The position numbers and the translations under genes are program-made. A stretch of 64,000 nt of DNA from Octopus sinensis. Taxonomy: Eukaryota. Below the pieces are notes generated by a model that ran no database searches, was not told the DNA's origin, and saw nothing but the letters and a program-made list of their open reading frames with translations. The stretch spans positions 1 through 64,000 of the forward strand of contig NW_021837034.1 of NCBI RefSeq assembly GCF_006345805.1. The letters are read 5' to 3'. Each line of letters starts with the position of its first letter. Position 1 is the first letter of the stretch. This document shows, in pieces, positions 10,924-25,254 of this stretch.

Positions 10924-13239
10924 TATATATATATATATACAGAGAGAGAGAGAGAGACATATAAAGAGAGAGGGGAAGAGAAACACACACATAGAGATAG
11001 GATCCTTTTGGAATGATAAACAGGCCATTGGTTTTTCGTTGTGGCATTTGAGAGTGTTACATACATCTACAACATTGAAACCCTACTACTACCCACCAGC
11101 TTCACGACTCACAAAAACACACGGTAAATGCAGTATAGGTGGGAGCTATCATGACACTCTGGTAGCCCGCATGGCTACATCTTCCAGTGACACGGAGAAA
11201 ATTAGCAGGGACCTGTGCAACAACACCCAATTCCGTGAAGCACTCCATACTTTTCTGACTACAGGCATGGCTTCGTGGTTGAGAAATTTGTTTGACAGCT
11301 ATGTGGTCTTTGTGGTCAGACCTACTGAGTGGTGTCTACATCAAGTATCTTCTACAATAGCTCCTTGTTAACTGATGCCCAATGGGGACTCCTTTCTTGC
11401 TGTCAGTCCTCGCCTGTTTCCATACAAGGTAATATTCCCCCATAGACCTGTTTTCATGAAAGACTGGAAACAAAACAACCTCGCTTATATGACAATGAGG
11501 CTCATTTATGACAACTATCATGTGATGTCTAGACAAGTGTAAACACATATATACATATATATATATACACACACACACATACATATTGTTTATATCAGTG
11601 ATCAGAGTGCGATCATGCTGGGGCACCACCATGAAGGGTTTTAGTTGAACAAATCAACCTCAGCACTTTTATTTTTTTAAAGCTTGGAACTTATTTTATT
11701 GGTTTTTTCACTGAACTGCTAAGTTATGGAGAAATAAACACACCAACTCTGGTTGTCAAGCAGTGGTAAGGGATATACACAGACAAAAACACGCACACAC
11801 TTTGGGCTTCTTTCAGTTTCCGTCTACCAGGTCCACTCACAAAGCTTTGGTCAGTTCGACGCTATAGTAGAAAACACTTGTCCAAAGATCTATATACAGT
11901 GGGACTGAACCCAGAACCATGTGACTGTGAAGCAAGCTTCTTACCACACAGCCACATCTGCGCCTCTATGAGAGGCTTCTTTCAGTTTCCATCTACCAAA
12001 TTCACTCACTCACTCACAAGACCTCTTCATTGGGGCAATTATATTAACAAATGCATTGCTTAATATTGTGTTTATACAACACAAATATGTTGATTTATTA
12101 AAATGAAAACAAAAAATGGTGAAGAGGGGGGAGAGGGGAAAACAATTGGCAAACTCTCAGGCGCCTCTAAACAATTTCTATTTCTTAAACTATTCGGGTG
12201 GTCTCCATTCTAAAATGTAATTCTTCATTTATTTTCATGATATTCTCATAGTTTTAAATTTTCTTACAGAATCTGTAAAATCATTTAACATAATAAATAC
12301 ACAAAGGTGCAGACATGGCCGTGTTGTTGAAAAGCTTCCTTTGCAAAACACACGGTTTTGAGTTCAGTCCCATTGTGTGGCACACCTTGGTGGAAATGTC
12401 TTCTGTTATAGCCCTGGGTTGACCAATGCCTTGTGAGTGAATTTGGTAGACAGAAACTGTGTGGATGCCATTGTGTGTGTGTGTGTGTGCATTGATGTGT
12501 GTGTATGTATGCATTCATGTACATGTGTGTGCATATGTATGCATTCATGTGTGTGTGTGTATGTATGCATGCAGTCGTGTGTGTGTGTGCATGAAAGCTT
12601 TTGTCCCCACTACCACTTGACAACTGTTTGTTGGTTTATGTCCCCATAACTTGACGTTTCAGCAAAAAATAAATCAGAAATACAAGTACCAGATTTTTAA
12701 AAAAAAACCTAATGGTTCAATGTGTTTGACTGGGCAGTCTTTGAGCATGGCTGCAGTCCAATAACTGAAACAAGCATAAGATTAAAGATAAAATTTGGTA
12801 AGCATTCCTAAAATGTTCCTTACTTTTTGCAAGGAAACAAAAATACAAAGCCGAGTTATAATTGAACGATGAGCTTTGAAATGGAATTAAAATAAGAAAT
12901 GAATAGGTGTACAGTCAGTCCTCGTGTTACATCTGTACAGAATACAATGGCTAGTTTACATAGGATCCAAGCTGAGCAAGGTACAGAGCTCTCTACCATG
13001 GGTCCATTCTATACAAGGTTCCCAAGATAACGCTGATTTGTACATAGATTTTGTAACTGAAGCTGAGGTCTTGCCATATTAACAATATCCAGAGAGCCTT
13101 AACTCTTTAGCCATATCAGACCAAAATATTCTGTTTTATATTCAAACTGACCGGATCCAGCCTCTCACACCTACCCTAGAAATAGAATGACAAAATTCCA
13201 AGAAAAGAATACTGTAGCAAAGGAAATAATTGGCACTAT

Positions 13240-13712
13240 TACAGTTACGAAGACGAGGGTTCCAGTTGATCCAATCTACAAAACGACCAGCTTGAGAAAT
13301 TAATGTGCAAGTGGCTGAGCACTCCACAGATGCACGCAACCTCAAGGAGATTCAGCATCATTAGCATAGCTCGGGATAGGAGTGGTCCACCCGTAGGGGT
13401 GGGCACTTTTAAAGGGGCAACACTTTTCATCCTGTTGTAGGCTATTGCTATAGGCAGTATGTGTTTTTTGTGGAGTCCAAGGGCGGCAAATGGAAAGGCC
13501 ACCCCAGGCAGAACACACTATAGCTACACTAGTGATCAGCATGGCACAGAATGTGACACGGCTGGCCCTTTGAGATACAGGTACAACTCATTTTTGCCAG
13601 CTGAGTGGACTGGAGTAACGTGAAATAAAGGACACAATAAGTCACCAGGAATTGAACTCACAACGTTATGATCATGAGCCAAAACCCTAACCACTCAGCT
13701 ACATGCCTTCAC
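13240..13712 (-). mobile_element. SINE family E, long form (interrupted)
   Basis: Head CCCTAACCACTCAGCTACATGCC (reverse complement) at ~13700. The body CAAGTGGCTGAGCACTCCACAG is shared with 43685-43980(-). Confidence 0.75.
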
Positions 13713-15194
13713 CAACAAGGGAAATATAGATTAAAGGAAGGAATAAGATTCAATTCAAACAGCAAAAAAACAGACACAAAAGCAGCTCACAAGTATTATA
13801 GCTCAATGAAGATGATATAAAATGTATCTACGACAAACCATGTATGGATGCAAACAGAACATACATCGTATGCAAATCATCATCATTTTAATGTTTAGCT
13901 TTCCCTGATTTGCATGGATTGGACAGAATTTGTTGAAGCTGGATGCCCTTCCTGCTGCCAACCCTCACCTGTTCCCAAGCCAAGTAATATTGCCTCCATG
14001 GCCAGACATGTTTTCATGGCAGATTGGAAAGGAAGGACACAACCCACATGACAGTGACACTTTCAACTTTCACATGACATCAAGACAAGGGCACACACAC
14101 ACACACACACACACGACAGTCTTCTTTCAGTTTCCATCTATTAAATTCACTCACAAGGTTTTGGTCAGTCCTGGGCTATAGTAGAACTCACTTGCCCAAG
14201 GTTCTGCACAGAGAGATCAAACCTAAGAAAGGAAGTTTGTTCACTACATAGCCACACTTGTACCATAACCACAATACCAAAAAAAAACATTCCATAATTT
14301 ATGATTAATTATGAAGGTCTGGGCATTCTGAGATAATGACAGCTAATACAATTTCATTCTCATTATGTAATTAGGAAATTTCAAGCACTTTACATTTTAG
14401 TTATTCAACCCCTCTTTGAGAGGTTTTAACTCTTTGAGGTTTGCTGCCTGCTCCATCATGGCTAATATCATTAGTCATATTATCATCATCATTTAACATC
14501 CGTTGTCCATGCAGGCATGGGTTGGACGGTTTGACTAGGCCATCCTGCTGGAAGGCTGCACCATACTCCAGTCTGATTTGGTGTGGTTTTTTCTATGGCT
14601 GGATGCCCTTCCTAATGCCAACCACTCAGAGTGTAATGGGTGCTTTTATGTGCCACTGGCATGGTAATTTCTAAATCTTCATAACCATCTGGAACTACTT
14701 TTTGAAATTTTCCATGTCCATACAATAAACTAGTTTGGCAACAGCACTCTGGATCATGAAGGCATGTAGCCTGGTGGTCAGAGGTGTTGCACTCATGAGT
14801 GTCAGATCGTGGGCTCAATTCCCAGACCAGGTAGTGTCTTGTGTCCTTGAGCAAAACACTTCATTTGACATCGTTCAAGTATTGTGTGGGGTCTGACATG
14901 TCGAAGCACAGATCCAGTGTTTCCTCTGCATATCATAAAAAGACAACTAAAAGAAGTTGAGCTAGGATTTGCACTCTGACCTCGTAAAACCCTAACCAAT
15001 AACGACTACTCAAACAGACCCATGGGTTGGAAGGGTGTCACCTGAGTGGTGCAAAGGTGTCCATCAGCCAGGAGCAGAAAATCACCAATAAAGGTTGGGT
15101 GCCACCGGCATGGGTGCCATTTGCATGACACTGAGGTGCTTTTACGTGCCACTGGCATGGTAATCACCAATAAATGTCACAGCACAGGTCCTCA

Positions 15195-15225
<31 letters not shown>

Positions 15226-16014
15226 GCCACCACTACCACTACAATTCTAATACAAACACTACCACCACTACCACTACTACTACTGTGAATTTCTATCCTA
15301 CAATGTTACTACAGGGTTGTTGATGGGCAAACAGCTTCAACACTGCCTCCTAATGTTTTATATGTTTTGGCACCAACAGATAAGGATTTCAACATTGCAT
15401 CAAAGAAAATTCAGTAACTCTTTCATAATCTTTGCATATGTCCAAATGCTGTTTGCTTTTCGACTGCATACCCTTCAGAAAGTCTCAACACTGAAGCAAT
15501 CTTCTGACTTCTTTAGAAGTTCCAGTTCTATTTTCTATTTCACAGAGGATGGGGGGGGGCACCTGTTTAACCCACCCCATCCCCTGCATTGATTATTACT
15601 CTCCCTTGAAGCCATAATGGAAAATATGAAGCAGAAGATACCTAATCACTGAAATATAAACGAAGGTTGGCCAGGCAACATAAACTATGTGCAACATAGT
15701 GGTTATTGTGATACTACACTATCACACAGAACCTTCCAGTCTGCTGTAAGTATTGCACAAAATTAAGCAAACAAACTTTAGGCTACTTCGAGTTGATTTA
15801 ATCTTTGTTTCTGACTGTGTATTATTAGACTCGAGAAACGAATTATGGCTAGATTATAACATGATATTGCAAGAACAGAATTATTATGAAGATAATTAGT
15901 TTCAGTTGATGTAAGTTTCAATAAATTCATACACACAACTTCTCATCACAAAAATAGTTATTTACATTCACAATCCCCTCTAATAAACACTAAGTTTTAC
16001 AGGTTAAATATAGA

Positions 16015-16510
16015 TCATCATCATCATCGTTGTTTAACGTCCGCTTACCATGCTAGCATGGGTTGGACGATTTTGACTGAAGGCTGGCGAACCAGATGGC
16101 TGCACCAGGCTCCAATCTTGATCTGTCAGAGTTTCTACAGCTGGATGCCCTTCCTAATGCCAACCACTCCGAGAGTGTAGTGGGTGCTTTTTACATGCCA
16201 CCGGCATGGGGGCCAGTCAGGCGGTACTGGCAATGACCTCGCTCGAATCTTTTTACACATGCCACCGGCACAGGTGTCAGTGAAGCTACGTTGGTAACGA
16301 TCACGCTCGAATGGAGCCCTTTTACATGCCACAGGTACGGAAGCCAGCTGGCTGCTCTGGCAACGATCACGCTCTGATGGTGCTCTTGGAACCCTACAAG
16401 CACAGGCACAAGTACCAGTAAGGCGACTCTGGTAACGATCACACTCGAATGGTACCTTTTATGTGCCACTGACACGGAAGCCGATTAGCCGCTCTGTCAA
16501 TGATCACACT
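16015..16510 (-). mobile_element. RTE LINE 3' UTR copy (family D) with internal tandem repeats
   Basis: Reverse complement of 63390-63900, beginning CATCATCATCATCGTTGTTTAACGTCCGC. Confidence 0.9.
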
Positions 16511-18242
16511 AGAAAGGGGGCGATGAATGAGGAGACTAATTAGTTGGAGAAGATTGCAGCTGGGTGCTAGAATGATGAGTGTAATTCTTAGAAAGGAGTG
16601 AAAAAATGAATAATTAACTGATGACATGTTGCTTATTTTTTACTCTTATATTTGTTACTTTCCTGCTCACTACGAATACAACTAGTTGTGTGCAGTACTA
16701 TAACCACTTCAACATTTCATGACAAGGAACAAGAAAAATTAGTTTTCCCCACTATGATCTATAATTATATTATCGAGTGAGCTTGATATTTATAACGAAT
16801 TTACAATCTTTGGATGTGCAGCACACAACAAGCATACCTAGAATACAGACATCTACAACACTGGATACATACACAGGATGGTGATAGAAGCCAACACTGC
16901 CAGTCACTTGTTAATTCAAATTTCATCTGGTTTATCTGATTTCTAGTTTAAATGGGGGTACACCTTAATGTGGGTTTACAATATGTGTGTGTGTGTGTAT
17001 GTGTGAGACTGGTGTGAGGAATGGCATCCAGCGATAGAAACCAAGCTAAAATACAACTTACAAGTGACATGTCCTTTAGTATACCTAAGAGTATAGCAAT
17101 GAGTTGTCCAACCCATGCAAGTGTGGAAAAGCTGTATAAAACAATTTTATATATATATATATATATACACACACACATATATATATATGTATATACACAC
17201 ATATACACACACACATATATATATGTATGTATGTACATACATATACACACACACATATATATATGTATGTATGTATGTACACACATACACACACACACAC
17301 ATTTATATACATTTGTGCAGGCATGACTGTGTTGCTTCCCAAACACATGGTTTGGGGTCCGTTCTCACTGTGTGGCACCTTGGTCAAATCGAGTTTCTTG
17401 AGGCAGATTTTCTACAGCCCAGATGCCCTTCCTGTCACCAACCCTCACCTGCTTCCAAGCAAAGTAGTATTTCCTTGTGGACGGAGAGGATTTTCATGGA
17501 AGGCTGGAAACAAACTTACCTCTATGATGACAAAACAAACTTACCTCTATGATGACAATGCTCATTTACAACCATTACATGATGTCAAGGGAAAAGCACA
17601 CGCAAACACATACACACAACAGGCTTCTTGCAGTTTCCTAACGCTTTGATTGATCCAAGACTAAAGTAAAAAACTCGTGCCAAAGGTGCCACATAGTGGG
17701 ACTAAACCCAAGACTACATAGTTGGGACGCAAGCTGTTTAACCACACATTTGTCATTGTCTCATGGTGGCAATGACAAATGACCAAGACCTTTGGCAATA
17801 TGCCATGCTTCAGTAGAAGACCCATCAAACCAAGTGAAATCATGGCCATGAACAAGCACTGGTGTCACATAACTGGCACCTATTGCACTCAGAGTGGTTG
17901 GCATTAGGAAGGGCATCGAACTGTAGAAATTGGGCCAAATCAGGTTAGAGTATAGAGCAGCTCCTCCGTTTACCAGCTCTGGTCAAACCGTCAAACCCAT
18001 GCCAGCATGGAAAGTGGACGTTAAATGATAATGATGATCATGATGATGAATCATGCCTGTGCCTTAACAGATATATAAACATAGCTTCCAAGAGTCTATG
18101 ACATTGGTTCTCAACCAGGGTCCATGGATGCCAGGGGAATCTGTTCTGTTTAGCAAATGGGCCACACAGAAAACACAAAAGGGTTAACAGACGAAGAAAA
18201 AGTGTCATTGTGAAAGTGAACAATCACAACATGGAAATTTCA

Positions 18243-18464
18243 CCCTTTTGTTACCATATTTCTGTTGAGATGCTCTGTGTTTCTTTCAATTAATTTTAAA
18301 TATAACAAAGAATTTAGTAAACTAACTTAGTTATCATTAAACTAGTGTTAGGAACATAAACTGTGACTAAGGTTTGGTGGAAGATTTTAATTCAAAACTT
18401 TTGAAAACAAGGCATTTGTGTTACAGAACCAGAGCCGGTTTCATCCAGGTTGGTATCAAAAGGG
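18243..18464. mobile_element. piggyBac-type MITE, copy 1
   Basis: Termini CCCTTTTGTTACC ... GGTATCAAAAGGG, with TTAA on the right (18465-68) and TTCA on the left. Confidence 0.8.
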
Positions 18465-18495
18465 TTAAGAATTGTTTCTCTATTATATATTTTAA

Positions 18496-18717
18496 CCTTT
18501 TCATTACTGTATTTATTTTGAGATGCTCTGTGTTTCTTTCAATTACTTTTAAATATAACAAAGAATTTAGTAAAATAACTTAGTTATCATTCAGCTAGTG
18601 TTAGGAACATAAATTGTGACTAAGGTTTGGTGGAAGATTTTAATTTAGAACTTATGAAAACAAAACATTTGTACTACAGAATCAGAGGCGGTTTCAGCTG
18701 GGTTGGTAACAAAAGGG
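18496..18717. mobile_element. piggyBac-type MITE, copy 2 (direct repeat of copy 1)
   Basis: TTAA-CCTTTTCATTAC ... GGTAACAAAAGGG-TTAA. The interior aligns with copy 1 along its length. Confidence 0.8.
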
Positions 18718-19014
18718 TTAATTCAAAACAATTTGAATAAATAAGTATTACATTTGACAAAGAATTCTCAATGCTGAAGGTTTAATGCCACTCATTATCT
18801 AAAATTGGTATTAACAAAGTAAACAACTGAAACTTCACTAAATCTTCAGGCCAGTTTGTCCCAAATGCTGCAGCAGCTGTTAAGGCTATTGTTGATCTTG
18901 ACCCACCTGTTATTGACCCAACCCACCCCCTTCAATCACCTCGGATTTCTGTGGGATTGGGGGAGAAGGGGTAATGAACAGTGAAACATCATAGTTATAC
19001 TGATACGTAATTCT

Positions 19015-19455
19015 TTCTGCTATAGGCACAAAGCCCGAAATTTGGGGGGAGGGGGCTAGTCGATTACATCAACCCCAGTATTCAACTGGTACTTAATTTA
19101 TCAATCTCGAAAGGATGAAAAGCAAAGCCAACCTCGGCGGAATTTAAACTCAGAAGGGAGCAACAGGTGAAATACCCCTAAGCATTTTTCCCAGCAGGCT
19201 AATGATCCCGCCAGCTTGCTGCCTTAATAATAATAATAATAATGGTTTCAAATTTTGCCTCGTGGGCAGAAATTTTGGAGTAGGGGATGAGTCAATTACA
19301 TCAACCTTAGTACTCAACTAGCACTTATTTTATTGACCCTGGAAGGATGAAATGCAAAGTCAACCTCAGTGGAATTAGAACTCAGAATATAAATGTGAAC
19401 AAAACGCCACTAAGCATTTTGCCCAGCATGTTAACGATTCTGCCAGCTCACCGTC
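19015..19455 (-). mobile_element. Two SINE family A copies
   Basis: AGGCACAAAGCCCGAAATTTGGGG..GAAAGGATGAAAAGCAAAGCCAACCTCGGCGGAATTTAAACTCAGAA, present twice. Confidence 0.85.
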
Positions 19456-19689
19456 TGATTTTGATTCCAAATGACAATTTATCATCTCTACCCTTTAAAG
19501 GCACAGAGTGGTTCTGTGGTTAAGAAGCCTGCTTCCCAACCTACTTGGTTATGGGTTCAATCCTACTGTGTGGCACTTTAGGCAAGTGTCTTCTACTATA
19601 GTCCCCTAGTCCCCATCTAACCAAAACCTTATAAGTGGATTTGGTAGACAGAAACTAAAAGAAGCCTATCATGTGTGTGTGTGCGTACA

Positions 19690-19721
<32 letters not shown>

Positions 19722-20454
19722 TATATATATGTGTGTATGTATATATGTATATGTGTGCATACAAATGTGTGTGTGAGAGAGAGAGAGAGATAGAGTTGGT
19801 GTTTGTCTTGACATCTTGCACTTATTGTAAACGAGTGTCACCAACATACAAGCAGTGTCCTTTGTTTCCAATCTTTTAAGAAAACACGTCCAGGCATGGA
19901 GAAAAACGACCTTACTTGGAAACAGGTAAGCGTTGGCAACTGGAAGAGCATCCAGCCATAGGAAATCTACCCCAACAAACACTGTCCATCCCATGCAAGC
20001 ATGGAAAATCTCCAGCATATTGAGTTTGTGTGTCATCAACCATAGGTGAACGAATTTAATGATTTACAGAACTGTCTTTTCCAAAATTTCTGTCTCCACG
20101 GTAACTTTCAATAATTTTAGAAATTATTTACATTTTACATAAATATGTGACCTTTATAGTATTTCCTATAATTTGGTTACTGGTTATCGTGTTCAACATA
20201 GAGTATAAATATTTCTGATATCATATACATTTACGCTGTTAACCCTTACTATTGATTAAATCAGACATTTAGCTTAAGCAGATTACATATACATAGACTT
20301 AAATGTATTCACACACACACATAAATACACAATCAGTTGCTTACAGAAATACATGTGGACATATATGCATATAAAGACATCTAAATATAGATGATATATA
20401 TATATATATATATATACATATACGTATATCGATGTGTGAGATGTGTGAAATGGA

Positions 20455-20526
20455 GGTTGTTTAGCTTAATAGTTAGAGCAATCAGCCGGAATCTTAGGGG
20501 TACAGATTTCAAGTCCCGTGGCCACC
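20455..20526 (+). pseudogene. Decayed tRNA-like sequence (tRNA pseudogene or SINE head)
   Basis: GGTTGTTTAGCTTAATAGTTAGAGCA..AGATTTCAAGTCCCGTGGCCACC has D-arm/A-box and T-arm/B-box resemblance, but the stems are mismatched. Not a functional tRNA call. Confidence 0.45.
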
Positions 20527-20772
20527 TTCTGACAACTTTTTTACTTGGGGTGCCTCATCGTGGAAACAGCCTTAGGACTGAAATGTATAAAAGAACATAT
20601 ATACAGACGCAGGAGTGGCTGCGTAGTAAGTAGCTTGCTTACCAACCACATGGTTCCGGGTTCAGTACCACTGTGTGGCACCTTGGGTAAGTGTCTTCTA
20701 CTATAGACTTGGGCCAAGCAAAGCCTTATGAGTGGATTTGGTACACGGAAACTGAAAGAAGCCTGTCGTGTG

Positions 20773-20889
<117 letters not shown>

Positions 20890-22316
20890 TGCGCAAAGGA
20901 AAAGGAAAGTCTGTTCGGATAAAAGCTATTTATTTACAGGACAAAAGTGCTACACAGTTTTTATCCAAATCCTGAGTGTCGCATTTTCATTGCAGTGGGA
21001 CTGAACCCAGAACCATGTGGCTGGTAAGCTAGCTACTTAACACACACACATATATATACATACATATATACAGGCACATAGCTCAGTAGATAGAGTGTCA
21101 GACTCACAATCATGAGGTACTGAGTTCGATTATTGAGCAAGACACTTTATTTCACATTGCTCCAGTTCACTCAGCTGTGGAAATGAGTTCTCACATCACT
21201 AGTGCCAAGCTATATCAACCTTTACCTTTCCCTTGAACAACATTGGTGGTGTATAGAGGGGAGGCTGGTATGCGTGGGTGTCTACTGGTCTTCCATAAAC
21301 AACCTTGCCCAGACTTGTGTTTCAGAAGGTAACTTTCTAAGTGCAATCCCATGGTAATTCATGACCAAAGGGGGTCTTTACTAATGTATAAATACATGCA
21401 CAAGTATATATATTTAGACATATGCACCTGTATTTATAGATGTATCAATCTCAGGATATATAAACAATACAAATATATGAATATATATACATGTATAAAC
21501 ATGTGTATGTGTGTGTGAATACATCATTGTTTTAACATTCACTTTTCCATGTTTCCATGGGTCAGACAAGAGTCTATTGAAGCAGACTTACTATGGTTAG
21601 ATGCCCTCCCTGTCGCCAACCCTCACCCGTTTCCAAGCAAAGCAGTATTTCCCCAGGGTTGGACATGTTCATGCAAGACATTAAAAATGAATGACACCAA
21701 ATATGTGACATTGACAATTATTTTACATCTGTCATCTGATGCTGAGACAAAGAGATCCAAACACACATTCATACACATATGCATACACACACATATACAT
21801 ACATATGTGTGAGTAATATATTGATTCAGAGAATCCTATGGTTATCACAGAAAGCTCCTCTGCTGGACCCGGCTAGCAAATCACAAAGGAATCCAAATCA
21901 GAAGCACATAATACAAAGCTCTATGCAGCTGAAATCCAGGAGATCAAATCTACGAAATTACTTTATCAGTAAAAATTCAAGAGGCATGAGAAGTGAATAA
22001 TATATTTATTTAACCATATTAAGTGGTTAAATAAACACATTGATATTCAATTATGTAAATGTATATTTATGAATATGTATGACTATGAGTGTCAACACAT
22101 AGAAACCACACACCATGAAGACCTACCTATATTTATACATAAGCATCTCTCCTTACAGGCTTTGCTTGAGCAATCAAATGGTTAGTGACAGTATCCAAGG
22201 CTTAATTGGTCATGTCTTTAATCAATTATTAACAATAAAAAGAAGTCATGCATGATTTCCTTGATAAAAAGACCATCACACAATATAACATACATACACA
22301 TACACACATGTATATA

Positions 22317-22513
22317 TTTTTATCTGTTTCAGTCATTTCGACTGCAGCCATGCTGGAGCACTGCCTTTAGTCGAGCAAATCGACCCCAGGATTTATTCTT
22401 TGTAAGCCTAGTACTTAATTTATTGGTATCTTTTGCTAAACCACTAAGTTAAAGGGATGTAAACACACCAGCATCGGTTGTCAAGTGATGTTGGGAGGAC
22501 AAACATAGACACA

Positions 22514-22571
<58 letters not shown>

Positions 22572-22723
22572 CGGTGGGCTTCTTTCAGTTTCTGTCAACC
22601 AAATCCACTCAAGGCTCTGGTAGGCCTGAGGTTTAAAGTAGAAGACACTTGCCCAAGTTGCCATGCAGTGGGACTCAACCCGGAACCATGTGGTTGGTAA
22701 GCAAGCTACTTACCACACAGCCA
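22317..22723 (-). mobile_element. SINE family C, full length
   Basis: Reverse complement of the family C consensus, with an internal (CA)n(TA)n tract. Confidence 0.9.
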
Positions 22724-23466
22724 CACACACATATACATACACACAAACATGTATATATACATGTATGTATATATCTATATATGTATATCTATATGAACCT
22801 GCACTGCAGCATGGAGAACAAAGAGCAGCAGCTCTGTCCAACTCGATCACTTTAAACGCAATGCCCCAGCATGACCACAACCCTCAGGCTTAAACCAGTT
22901 AGAAAGAAAAGCTATATATATATATATATATTTGCTATTTTCACAAGAAGAGGTTGGCAGTGATTAAGTAATTTCAGCCAGCTAAAGTTTGTTGCACTGT
23001 TCAAAGATGGCCAGCAGGTTGGTACTTCAAAGTCACTGTCAGCCCAAATCTTCCGAAGGTCTAATAAATATGTACTCTACAAAAGAGTTTCATGTTCAAA
23101 GGTTCTTATAAGTTGACATAAATTCAAATATCAATATGATATACATATATTTTTTATATGGATGCATAACAATACTTATATACACATGCAGGAGAATGAA
23201 ACTATATATATACATATTTTTTATTTCTTTATTTTATTCTATCTAGTTTCAGCTCACGAGCTGTGGCCATGCTGGGGCACCGCCATTTGGTGTTGCTACA
23301 TGATTTTACTTCACGAATGCTTTTTAGCAACTGCCATTTGGTGCATGAGAGAGTTCGATGCAGCTGCCCTCAACTGCACCTGTATATAATTATACACACA
23401 CATGCATGTATGTATCTTTGTATATATACATATGCATTGGAAAACTCATACATACCAATATGTTTC

Positions 23467-23501
<35 letters not shown>

Positions 23502-24063
23502 TAAATTTTAAATAATAAGGGTGAAAAATTGAACATTAATTTGATTAATATTAATTTAAAACCAGTGGTCTAGCATATAGAAAAATCTGAAGATTCAGAA
23601 AATGTAATATATATATATATATATATACATACAGAAAATGCAACATATATATATATATCATGCATATATGCATATGTAGATACACATATACAAATATGCA
23701 CAGATTTAGAAATATATGAATGCACACACACACATTAGTAAAACAATCATAGATGTATCTGTGTGCTTAAGAAGTTTGTCTGCCGCCACGTGCTTTATGA
23801 GTTAGTCCTGTTACATGAAACCTAAGGCAAGGATCTCATAGCAAAGCCTGAGGGCATGAATTTTTTTCTATATAAACATGACATATCTATGAACAAATTT
23901 CAATACACACACCTAGCAAAATTATATATTCAGTATATATCGACTAACATAAAAGTACAAACATATATATTCATGTATGGACATTACATACATATATATT
24001 TATCTATATCTCCCTCTATCTATATATACGAGAGAGAGTGAGAGAGAAGATATTGATGCATGA

Positions 24064-24097
<34 letters not shown>

Positions 24098-24180
24098 GAA
24101 AAATGAAGAAATGTATACTTATAACAAAAGATGTATACACACATATGTGTATATATACTGCATTTTAAAATGAAAACATG

Positions 24181-24227
<47 letters not shown>

Positions 24228-25217
24228 ATATATATGTAATTATAGGTGTATTTTGAAGTGTCTAAACATGTATACATGCATAATATGTGTGTGTATAAAC
24301 ACTTGTGCATATATATTTGTTAGCACTTAGACATACATGTATAAAGTACCAATACACATATATAAAGTTTTATTTATATTCACGTAATATGTTCAATATT
24401 CTTACATGCATATCAAGCATGCACACAAACACACACACACATATATATGTATGTATGTATGTATAAAAAGAAGCGGAAAACACTTATACAAATGAACAAT
24501 ATATAATTTTTTTGTTTTTGTTTCACAAACATTACAAAGTGACATAAAGTTTAAATAGTTCAGGAATGCATGAAACTCTTCCTTTATATATAAACAGGTG
24601 TACGATTTACCTACTGTATATGCATAAATATATACAGGTACCTACCTGCACACATATATGCATATATGTATATATATATATATATAATTATATACAGATA
24701 TGTGTATATATTTATATATATATAATTATATAGATATATCTATACATTTATATATGCATATATATATATAATTATATACAGATATATGTATACATTTATA
24801 TATGCATATATATATATATATATATGTATTTATACAATTATATATATTTATATATATATATATATGTATTTATACATTTATATATATTTATGTATATACG
24901 TATTTATACATTTATATATATTTATGTATATACGTATTTATACATATCTATATGTATACATTTATACATATCTATATATATACATTTATATATATATATG
25001 TATTTATACATATCTATATATATACATTTATATATATATGCATATATATGTATTTATATATATATGTGTGCATGTTTATAAACATATATACGTAAATAAA
25101 TGTACCTATATATACACAAATATATGTATATGTGTGTGTATATATATATACACACACACACATACACGTGCTAATGTATATATGAATGTAGCTGTATATA
25201 TACAAATATACAAAAAC

Positions 25218-25254
<37 letters not shown>

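Noticed and set aside
15290-15560. Minus frame with three stops that would each read W if A-to-I edited; also a + frame RVVDGQTASTLPPNVLYVLAPTDKDFNIASKKIQ
   Set aside because: No recognisable family and no good splice sites for the minus frame. All frames look equally protein-like, so it cannot be supported without RNA data.
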